A DNA stretch of 56,309 bases, taken from Trichomonas gallinae (taxonomy: Eukaryota). The stretch lies in the NCBI GenBank assembly GCA_008369845.1, contig MRSU01000035.1, positions 1 to 56,309 of the forward strand. Direction: 5' to 3'. Numbering within the stretch: the stretch's first letter is position 1; each line of letters begins with the position of its first letter. Shown piece after piece: positions 1 through 8,381 of this stretch. Position numbers and translations under genes: made by a program. Under the pieces are notes generated by a model, which saw only the letters and a program-made list of their open reading frames with translations, was not told the origin of the DNA and did no database searches.

Positions 1-95
1 CGCTGGACGTAGTCAGTCTTAGCCTCACGCCGCCTGCGGAACTTTGTTTGGAAGCGGGAGAAGTAACCTGTGTTCTTAACGACCTTAGCAGACAT
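1..95 (-). CDS. RPL5: 60S ribosomal protein L5 (uL18), 5' part only; runs off the window start
   Basis: Reverse strand from ATG at 95 reads [32 protein letters not shown], matching the conserved eukaryotic L5 N-terminus (VKN..YF.R.Q.KFRRRREGKTDY). Not in the ORF track. Confidence 0.93.
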   Translation of the reverse strand, partial: MSAKVVKNTGYFSRFQTKFRRRREAKTDYVQ

Positions 96-102
96 CGAAA
101 GA

Positions 103-122
103 AAAGGTCAACCAAAACCGTT
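103..122 (-). promoter_or_regulatory. M3 + M5 core promoter of RPL5
   Basis: Minus strand AACGGTTT (M3-type DRCSGYTD, 115-122) followed by CCTTT (M5, 103-107) just before the ATG, the arrangement known for Trichomonas ribosomal-protein genes. Confidence 0.7.
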
Positions 123-180
123 CTTTGTAAACTTCAGGAAATTAACAAAATAGGGTCTGACATATTTAATCAGGGGCTGA

Positions 181-585
181 AGCAAAAAGTAAAAAAGCTC
201 AAACCTCAAATATATAGATCCTATTGGTATAGTATATTAGAAATATAAGCTTAAAATGTTTTTTCATTTCAGATAATTTACAAAGAAATAAAGAAAAGTA
301 AAAGAGCGAAATTCTCATATATATAGGTCATTTTCGTGCAGTATATTATAGAAATAAATCTAAAAATGATTATGCTTTTAAGATAATTTTCCAAAAAATT
401 AGAAAAGTGAAAATGCGAAATTCTCAAATATATAGATCCTACTCGTGCAGTGTATTATAGAAATAAGCATAAAAATGATTATGCTTTTAAGATAATTTTC
501 CAAAAAATTAGAAAAGTAAAAATGCGAAATTCTCATATAAATAGGTCCTACTGGTGCAGTATATTATAGAAATAAGTCTAAAATC
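181..585. repeat. ~109-bp tandem repeat, about 3.6 copies, in the divergent RPL5/623 intergenic region
   Basis: Units begin aaacctc/aaattctc at 201, 309, 418 and 527. The copies at 309 and 418 share the block taaaaatgattatgcttttaagataattttccaaaaaattagaaaagt. Confidence 0.9.
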
Positions 586-622
586 CATCAATAGAAAGGA
601 TGAAAATTTTTAAACGTCTGCA

Positions 623-3600
623 ATGAACGTTCGAGGCTTTAACCAGGATGGCGAAGAGTCCGAACTGAGGATGTCAAGCCAGAACGAGAGCTTCCTGGAG
701 ATATCGAAGAGATTTAACAGAGCCATCGAAAAAAGTCCTTCAGAAGAGACTGAAATCGAATTAGAAAAAATAGTCAACGAAGTCATTCCGAAGACAAGAA
801 CGGACTACGAAAAGATGCTTATTTTCCAATGTCAAAGAGAAATTGCAAGAAGCAAGATAAAAAGACAACAATACGAAGAAGCAATTCCATATCTTATCGA
901 AACCCTCAAAATTGATCAATCTCGTACAAACCTTTGGGCAGATCTAGCGATGTGTGCAAAGGAAACACAAAAAACAGACTTATACAGAGCTGCACAAGGA
1001 AAAGTTCAGTTAATTCGTCCAGAATTAAACTTTTACCTCCCGAAACCAGGTCTACCACCAATTAAAACAGTAAATATCGAGCCAGAATTCATCCAATACA
1101 CGTTAAAACAAGAATGTTTTAGACATTTCCTTACAGCCTTGGAATTAGGAAACAAGTCTACTCCATACTCAATCCTTGTTGTCGGATTCGATCACGAAAT
1201 GCTTGATATCAATCAAAATGAAAGAAAATTCGCTTTACCAGAACATTACTCGCAAGCATCAATGCCAGAGGTTGTAGGCAAGTCCTGCATGAAGCTTGGT
1301 GGTATTGGAATAATAGACTTTCTCAAAAGACTCGGTGCTGAACAAATTTCGAAATCTGCCTTTGTTTTTGATCAATCTATTCATATGATTACGGCAAACG
1401 CAATAAATCTCATGCCAGAACTTAAATTCCGTGAAGCAATTCTCTCAGAAGTCTCAGTTCAAATTATCAATCTTTCATCTAAATACGTTCTCGATCTTCT
1501 CAATCCAAACGCGCGTCTTTTCATTGCAGAGCTCGCGTCAGTGCATTATCCAGAAATGGTTTCGACTTTCTTGACAGATGTGATGCATGCTTATATCCAC
1601 AGGCCAACAGCCATTCTAAGGATCACATTCGCCACATTAGAAGGTGCTATCAGAGAGAATAAGTCATTTGGAGAGCTCAAACGCCTTTATGAAGCATGTA
1701 AATGTCACTTAAATTCTCCGCAAGTCGCAATTCCTCATGCAGCGCGCGTAATCAATCAGGCACTGCTCGAAGAGAAGCGTGAGCAGATAGAGATCATGGA
1801 GTCAATCGACAACAACAGAATAGAAAGAACAGACGAACTCGCAGCAAAATATTTCTCCCAAAAATGCCCACTGCAGTTTTTGTCACTCAAAAATGTCGTC
1901 AAACTGTTCTGCCAGTTCAAAGATGAACAGGTTAGACCACATCTCATTCATTTCCTGAAGCTCCTGCAGAACCTCATCAAGACGAATCCCAAAGATATAG
2001 GAATACTCACGACATTGTTCCAGCGCTTCAGATACGATATGGAAGAAGAATGCGTTGTCCAACTAAGGCAAATTTTCCAGCACCTTGTTGATAGAAATGT
2101 CGACAAAAACATCAAGTTCGCCGCTGCTCTAGCCATTGCTTATGCTTCTGCTAAATATCCAGGCAGATCAAAGCTTCTGTCGTCGATACACGCGAAACTT
2201 GGCGACTGCTGCTACTTGCATGGCGGCGAATTCCTCGAAAAGCTTCTTGAGAGTTTGCTCGCTGAACAAACGAATGAATTCGTGTCTGAAACAACCAAAG
2301 CGTTCGGGTGCTTTTTCTCAAACTGCTCTTTCACGAATCCTCATGGCTCCAATCTCGAATTGCGCTGCTCGCCTTTCATGCAGCCATTTTATAATCACAT
2401 AAGGAAACTCGAAGAAAAAGGCTCAGCGACACAAAACCAATTATCTACTCCTTACCTGCTCCTTTGGATGCATCATAGGTCTGAGATGAGAGATGAGCAC
2501 AAGAAGCATAGACCGTGCTTAACAGAAATCGATGGATGGTCAGTATATAGAGTTGTCAAGCGATTGAAAGAAAGCACAATTGCAAAAACTGCTCAGTTAC
2601 CAAAAGACGTTTCAACAGCAACACTTCTTGAAGAGATGCTAAGAGAAGGCGTCCAGACTAATCCTGTCGCTGAGATTGCTCTCACGAAGATTGTCATCAA
2701 GCAGTTTGTCACTAAACGTCAACAGGAAGTAAATCAACGCATTACATCTGTTACTGCACCAGTTATAGATGACACAGCAAGTAAGCCGATTATTTTGGAT
2801 GCAATTAAGACACTCAGCAAAGTCGATGATTCTGCTCCAGACTGGCAGAAGCTTATCAAGGCAGTCGCATTGTATTACGCTGACAATACTAATATGGAAT
2901 CACTTTCAATCATTAGAACAATCCAGCCATTCACAGACAGTCCGAAGAAAGAAGCGAGACGCTTGTATTGGACAATGCGCTTGCACAATGAAGCTGGCAA
3001 GTCTAAAGACCCTGTTGCAGTTAAAGCAGCTTCGGATGCAATAAGTCATTTAGAAAAACTACCACAAAACATAGCATCTGGATCAGAATATTGCGTGATG
3101 TTACTTTGCGCTGCTGGATCTGTTAGAAATGATTCATCATTATTCAAGCGCGCAATTGACTCGTATTGTAAGAGCAGAATTGTCCTTCCACAGCCATACG
3201 TTGAGCTCGCAAAGTCCCTTGAGCCAAATGATGCGTTCAAGATCATCTCAAAGATCACTAGAAGCAAGTCAATGAACATCAACAACTTCTTCCACTTCGA
3301 CTTCAAGGTTCCTTTCTTGATGGGAAGCCCAGACGATTTAGAAACAATCAGACACGATTTACTTCAAGTTTATATTGACTCCGCTGTTAAATCAGGAAAC
3401 TTCACGCAGATATTCGCCCTCATAAATCCAAACAACAAGCCAGATAGGAAGCTTTCAAGAGTCTTCAAGGAGAACAGATTCGTTTTCGGCATCGATAGAA
3501 CAGAAATTCTCATCAAATACATTGACGCTTTAGCAGTATTTTATCAGACATCCAAGAAGAAAGATATAGAAGAGAGAGCGTTAGATGCACTCTGGAAGTC

Positions 3601-4012
3601 TGTGCTTGTCCTTGAGTTGAAGCAGCAAGGCAAACCAGCTGTTCCAGAGAAACTGGCTAAAGAAGTCTTAAGAGCACAGGATGGATTACTCGAAATTACA
3701 TGGAAGAAAGTTCTCAACGAAACACTACCTGAAAATGCGACAGTCGATGATTTATTCGTCAAACTCAATGATGTTGTTGAAGAAGAAGAGGATGACGAAG
3801 AGGAAGATGGTGATTTCGTTGATGATGGAGATGGAGAAGGAGAAGAAGAAGACGGTGAAGGAGAAAATGGTGAAGCTCAAGAAGGAGAAGAAGATGGCGA
3901 GGAAGATAATGAAGAAGGTGAAGGTGATGGCGAAGAAGATAATAATGAAGAAGAAGGTGAAGATGATGAAGGTGAAAAAGATGAAGAAAAATCTGAATCA
4001 ACAGATGAATAA
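623..4012 (+). CDS. TPR/helical-repeat protein with very acidic C-terminal tail; Cabin1/Hir3-like candidate
   Basis: 1129-aa ORF. TPR-like segment QYEEAIPYLIETLKIDQSRTNLWADLA; E/D/G-rich tail; stop lies within TAAA. Confidence 0.85.
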   Translation: MNVRGFNQDGEESELRMSSQNESFLEISKRFNRAIEKSPSEETEIELEKIVNEVIPKTRTDYEKMLIFQCQREIARSKIKRQQYEEAIPYLIETLKIDQSRTNLWADLAMCAKETQKTDLYRAAQGKVQLIRPELNFYLPKPGLPPIKTVNIEPEFIQYTLKQECFRHFLTALELGNKSTPYSILVVGFDHEMLDINQNERKFALPEHYSQASMPEVVGKSCMKLGGIGIIDFLKRLGAEQISKSAFVFDQSIHMITANAINLMPELKFREAILSEVSVQIINLSSKYVLDLLNPNARLFIAELASVHYPEMVSTFLTDVMHAYIHRPTAILRITFATLEGAIRENKSFGELKRLYEACKCHLNSPQVAIPHAARVINQALLEEKREQIEIMESIDNNRIERTDELAAKYFSQKCPLQFLSLKNVVKLFCQFKDEQVRPHLIHFLKLLQNLIKTNPKDIGILTTLFQRFRYDMEEECVVQLRQIFQHLVDRNVDKNIKFAAALAIAYASAKYPGRSKLLSSIHAKLGDCCYLHGGEFLEKLLESLLAEQTNEFVSETTKAFGCFFSNCSFTNPHGSNLELRCSPFMQPFYNHIRKLEEKGSATQNQLSTPYLLLWMHHRSEMRDEHKKHRPCLTEIDGWSVYRVVKRLKESTIAKTAQLPKDVSTATLLEEMLREGVQTNPVAEIALTKIVIKQFVTKRQQEVNQRITSVTAPVIDDTASKPIILDAIKTLSKVDDSAPDWQKLIKAVALYYADNTNMESLSIIRTIQPFTDSPKKEARRLYWTMRLHNEAGKSKDPVAVKAASDAISHLEKLPQNIASGSEYCVMLLCAAGSVRNDSSLFKRAIDSYCKSRIVLPQPYVELAKSLEPNDAFKIISKITRSKSMNINNFFHFDFKVPFLMGSPDDLETIRHDLLQVYIDSAVKSGNFTQIFALINPNNKPDRKLSRVFKENRFVFGIDRTEILIKYIDALAVFYQTSKKKDIEERALDALWKSVLVLELKQQGKPAVPEKLAKEVLRAQDGLLEITWKKVLNETLPENATVDDLFVKLNDVVEEEEDDEEEDGDFVDDGDGEGEEEDGEGENGEAQEGEEDGEEDNEEGEGDGEEDNNEEEGEDDEGEKDEEKSESTDE

Positions 4013-4110
4013 AAGTTATATATTATTTGTGCAGATATAAAATGATTGATTTTTTGTATAAGAAAAAAGCAGTTTTGGTTTGATACATCAAAAAAAGGTA
4101 TAATTTTTTT

Positions 4111-4449
4111 TTATTCTTCCTTCTGCTTGATCATCTTCAGGATTTCGGACTCACCAGCATCAATGATGGAGATAACAGATGAGCGGAAGTACTTACCGCA
4201 AGCTGTACCAAGATCAACATTATCGCCATCGAATGGGAGAATATCGCAGCCGGAAAGCATAGCGTAGTACTCGATAAGGGAACGGTGAGCTGGGGCGATG
4301 TTTGAAGCGAAGATGACTAACTTGGCTTCACCATTGCGGAGTGATTGGAGGGTCTTGTCGATACCGAGCTGGTACTTGCCGGACTTTGTAACGAGGGAGA
4401 GAGAGTTGATGATTGACTCGCGTGCGCGGCTTAATTTCTTACGGCCCAT
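4111..4449 (-). CDS. RPL30: 60S ribosomal protein L30 (eL30)
   Basis: KSGKYQLG...IEYYAML...LGTACGKYFR...IIDAGESEI signature; first ATG at 4449. Confidence 0.97.
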   Translation of the reverse strand: MGRKKLSRARESIINSLSLVTKSGKYQLGIDKTLQSLRNGEAKLVIFASNIAPAHRSLIEYYAMLSGCDILPFDGDNVDLGTACGKYFRSSVISIIDAGESEILKMIKQKEE

Positions 4450-4455
4450 AATCAA

Positions 4456-4475
4456 AAAGGAAGGGCCAAGCCGTC
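4456..4475 (-). promoter_or_regulatory. M3 + M5 core promoter of RPL30
   Basis: Minus strand GACGGCTT (4468-4475) then CCTTT (4456-4460) upstream of the ATG. Confidence 0.7.
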
Positions 4476-4697
4476 GCTTATCGTCTCGCTCTCGAAAATA
4501 TTTTTTTGTTTCCTTTTTTTCTATTGTTTTTGCTATCTATTACATATAACAAATAATTCTATCGCCTTTTTGATCCAAAATAACGTGGGCGAATTTTTAT
4601 CAATCTTCAAATAATTGATTAATAAGCATTTTATCCTTATGAAGCAACTATGGTTCAAATATTGGGGTAGTGGGGGGTTGGAAAAAAAAAAAAAAAA

Positions 4698-4790
4698 TCG
4701 AGTCTCCGGCGGTGATAGTGCCGCTGCGCCTTCTGCCCGGAAGCGCGTCATCATCGCCTCCGACCTGGGGTCACACTATCAACAATGCCC
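4698..4790. ncRNA. candidate structured non-coding RNA (GC-rich island)
   Basis: GC-rich ~90 nt within AT-rich intergenic DNA, with several complementary segments (4713-4720/4774-4781; 4708-4716/4750-4758; gcgc(c)ttc/gaagcgc; gacc/ggtc). Flanked by A16. Confidence 0.4.
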
Positions 4791-5467
4791 ATTATGATAA
4801 TTAGAATTGATTTTTTTAAAATAAAACTTAAAAATATGAAAATCCAATTGAAGCAGAATGATATAGTATTAAAGTAGTAGTAAAAAAAAAAAAATACAGA
4901 ATAATTCGTCAAAAATTTTTTAATAAAAAAATAGATGTTGAATCTAGTAAGTAATACTGTAAGTACATCGCCAAAAACAAACTCATGTGCTCAATGTCGT
5001 CGGAAATGCGAAATTCTTCGATCAAGTTCGAAGAATTTATTCAGTCTCGAAGCTGCAGAGTCACGGCGTCGCATCTTTATGAGGATGTAGCGCAAAGAAT
5101 GGGGTTTCTGAGCTGCAACAGTAATACTGTTTATATTATTGCATGGCAATGCAACATCATAAACAATATGTCACTTTTCTAACCTTATTATCACTTTTAT
5201 AACTTTACTGACACTTTTTGGTGTCAGTTTTTTCCAAAATCATGTGCTCGCTTAGCATAGTGCTTTTGTTGCATTAGCAAGCCAGTTCACGTCAAACATT
5301 TTTACTATAACAAAAATACAGAAACAAACAAATTCCACGTGTTCAACAAAAATTACAATGAATCGATTATAATATTTTTGATCTAATATCAAATATTGCC
5401 AGAATTAATCATGGCGGTCTAAAAGGAATATCTTATTATAGCAAAATATTTTTGTTGATTTGATTTC

Positions 5468-6379
5468 CTATTTGCATGCGAATAATCTGATACTGTCTTT
5501 TGGATGATCAATGTTTCCGTTTTCATAGCAGTAGCTGATTGCAGCTATTAACATGTCTCCACTTGGAGAAAAGTCTAGAGATGATATTGAAGTGTTGAAA
5601 GGCCCAATTTCGAGTCTTTCTTTCTTCTTCTCCAAATCCCAAATGATTATCTTTCCATCTCCTCCACCTGTAGCTAAGTCTTGTGTCTTAGGGTTGAAGC
5701 ACATTGCGTTTGTTGAGTAAATTAGCTTGGCATCGTCTTCAACTTTAAAATGAGCTTTAAATGAGAATGTGTTGTCTCTTGAATCGCATATTCCCACTCT
5801 TCCTTCGAAGGATCCAATGGCATACATATCATACGTAGCGCAAACACAGCTGATGTTGTATTGAAGAGGAGATTTCGTGAGTTTTCCTTTTTCTGGTCTT
5901 CTAGTATCGAAAGTGAAGATTGTCTGATTTCCACACCCACATATAACTGAATATGGGCCCATTGTGCATAGAGAATAGATTTTGTTCTGTACTTTTAGAT
6001 CCGCAATAAGATTTGGTGTCCTTAAATCCCATGTTTTCACTGTAGAATCAAATGATCCTGATATAATTTGCGATGTACCTGCAGAATATGCTAAAGAAGA
6101 AACAGCATCTTCATGCGCGCCAATCTGTTTTCCATTTGCCGAAATTGCACCATCAGCACCGCCGCAGATGAATGTATGTTCAGCCCATTCGCATGATAAT
6201 AGCGGACATTCGAAGCTAAATGATTTTAATATTCGTTTTTCGCGAGTATCATAAGTGTGAAGCTTTCCATCCCATGTAGAGAACGCTATATAATCGTTAT
6301 TTTGTCTCCAAAACCTAATGCATGAAATTCCATCAGATTCTGGTATCCTTATTTCGCCTATATCCTCCAAATCATTCAT
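5468..6379 (-). CDS. WD40 protein of the Bub3/Rae1 family (Bub3-like)
   Basis: STWDG, GSFEGRV, FSFKAH, YSTNAMCFNP...ATGGGDG and AISYCYENG motifs typical of Bub3/Rae1. Confidence 0.85.
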   Translation of the reverse strand: MNDLEDIGEIRIPESDGISCIRFWRQNNDYIAFSTWDGKLHTYDTREKRILKSFSFECPLLSCEWAEHTFICGGADGAISANGKQIGAHEDAVSSLAYSAGTSQIISGSFDSTVKTWDLRTPNLIADLKVQNKIYSLCTMGPYSVICGCGNQTIFTFDTRRPEKGKLTKSPLQYNISCVCATYDMYAIGSFEGRVGICDSRDNTFSFKAHFKVEDDAKLIYSTNAMCFNPKTQDLATGGGDGKIIIWDLEKKKERLEIGPFNTSISSLDFSPSGDMLIAAISYCYENGNIDHPKDSIRLFACK

Positions 6380-6609
6380 TTTTCTGATTTTTTGATTTTT
6401 AAACGTTCACTTTTTGATTTACCTGACATTAAACAATTTTTATATGACAAAATAATTGAATTTTTAAATGTTACATGTCAAAAATCTAAAGTTACATGTC
6501 AATAATCAAAATTTTATATGACAAAATAATTGGATTTTACACAGCAGAAATTCGATTTTACATGTCAAAAGTTTGAATTGGTGTACGTTAAAAATTTTTA
6601 AAATCGAAA

Positions 6610-7644
6610 ATGTCTGAATTCACAAACTATGATCCCATGCAAGGACTAAACCAATATCAAAGAGATAGTGGGATTAATCCAAACATGCAATATAATCAAG
6701 GATATCAACAATATCCGAACCAAGGATATGGACAGCAACAGCAAGGATATCAAAATCAGCAATATCCATATCAAATGGGAGATCCTATGCAAATGGGGTC
6801 AAATGGTATGGGAATGCCTTACGAATTTAGGAGAAGGATTAATAAAATGAACTGGGAAATGATTGGAAATGTTGATGTTGCAACGATAGCGAGAACAAAT
6901 GATATACAGTCGATTGAATTTCTAATGGGACCAGTCGCTTTTGCGAATATCACTCCTGATGATAGTGATAACTTCGGAAGCAGAGCTGGTCTTCACGCTT
7001 TTCTAATTTTACAACTCGCAGTTGAATATTTGATCTACAAAATTAGTACAATTCCGCCACCACAACCGCAATTTCAGCCGCAACAGCAACAGCCACAAAT
7101 TTCGCCACAATCAGCAGCAACTTACGAAGCAAGAATCGATATACTTATGAAAGATATTAAATCTCGTGATTTAATTATAAATTCGTTATCTGATAAACTT
7201 AGAGATGCAGAAAAGATGATAAACACATTGAAATCTAAACTGAATTCAGATGATAGACCAGTAAAACAATCTAAAACGCGTGATAAATCATTATCACAAA
7301 TTTCAATAGATTCTATAGATTTCCCAGATACATCAGCGATAAATAATAAGAAAGTTAAACGAGGTTTAACGAAGGAATTATCACAAATAGGTAATGAAGA
7401 ATCAGGTTTAGTTCATCCAGATACAGAATATGTCGATTATAACCAAAACAAGATGAAAATCAAGTCAAAGCCACCACCAAAGAAGAAATCAAAGTCTAGA
7501 AGGAATAAATCGGACTCTATAGACTATGATTATTCGGAATCTGAAATAATAGCTCCATCTAAGCCTAAAAAGAAGAAGAAAGAATCTAAGCCACCAAGAG
7601 GAATGTTTGAAGCTGATTGGGGCGACTCTTCCGGTTGGAATTAA
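6610..7644 (+). CDS. DZIP1/Iguana N-terminal-domain protein with Q/Y-rich N-terminus and coiled coil
   Basis: FRRRINKMNWEMIGNVDVATIARTNDIQSI...VAFANI...LQLAVEYL resembles the Dzip-like_N pattern (FR.R...DW......DVD.......D...LQ......F.....AQL.IEYL). Confidence 0.7.
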   Translation: MSEFTNYDPMQGLNQYQRDSGINPNMQYNQGYQQYPNQGYGQQQQGYQNQQYPYQMGDPMQMGSNGMGMPYEFRRRINKMNWEMIGNVDVATIARTNDIQSIEFLMGPVAFANITPDDSDNFGSRAGLHAFLILQLAVEYLIYKISTIPPPQPQFQPQQQQPQISPQSAATYEARIDILMKDIKSRDLIINSLSDKLRDAEKMINTLKSKLNSDDRPVKQSKTRDKSLSQISIDSIDFPDTSAINNKKVKRGLTKELSQIGNEESGLVHPDTEYVDYNQNKMKIKSKPPPKKKSKSRRNKSDSIDYDYSESEIIAPSKPKKKKKESKPPRGMFEADWGDSSGWN

Positions 7645-8381
7645 ATGTTTATAAAAAATTGTGTTTTAGTTCAATTGTCTTATCCATTCAATTTAGTTGA
7701 CTCTTCTAGATATTAACTACAGACTATAATAGGTAATAATTAATTTTATCTCAAATAATCATCTATAATACCTATAACTGGTTCAGTATTGTTATGGATT
7801 TATATATTATATCAAAATTTGCAATATATTGCAACGCTTACAGGAAAGTGTTATAATGAATCCACTCATGGTATTTCGTCGATGATGAATATGTCAAGCC
7901 CAAATAATAATAATATCATCAATTGTAATTACAGGCACCAATAGAATTTGCTCAAAAAGGAGAGTTGAAGACAGGGCTATCAAACTTTAAAGTTCGTTAA
8001 AGACCCTCATCTTATGCATATTATCATTCCAAATACTGAAGAATCATTTATTATGATTTCATAAATTACATATAATTGAAAAAGACCGGAAATCAATTGA
8101 ATATCCTCATAGAATTATTCAATGTGTTCTTTCAAAAAATTGATGTAAAAGAATTGAAATGACTTTTGAAACGATGTTTAGATTATCGATAATTTAGTGC
8201 TCGTCTACTGTAGGTCAGCCCTCAACAAGGATTGCAAAAGATGAGCTCCCCTAAATCTTCTAAAGCTCTTGGTGACGACTACAACTGTTTGAGAAAACAT
8301 TATATTTGAAGCATAAAATTTGACACTTGTCACCGAAGAAATTTGTCACTTTTCACCGAGGAAGTTCACTTTAATTTATAT

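Noticed and set aside
48..248. 66-aa plus-strand ORF
   Set aside because: It is antisense to the RPL5 5' end and its promoter, starts with TTG and has no coding features.
3681..4040. K/M-rich and H/L-rich alternative-frame ORFs
   Set aside because: Alternative readings of the GAA/GAT-rich acidic tail of the 623-4012 gene.
4700..4790. Hammerhead ribozyme, SRP RNA, tRNA or U5 identity for the GC-rich island
   Set aside because: The minus strand has ATGATGA but no CTGATGA/GAAA core. CAGGTCGGA lacks the GNRA loop and AGCAG partner of SRP helix 8. There is no cloverleaf/TTCRA and no GCCTTTTAC loop.
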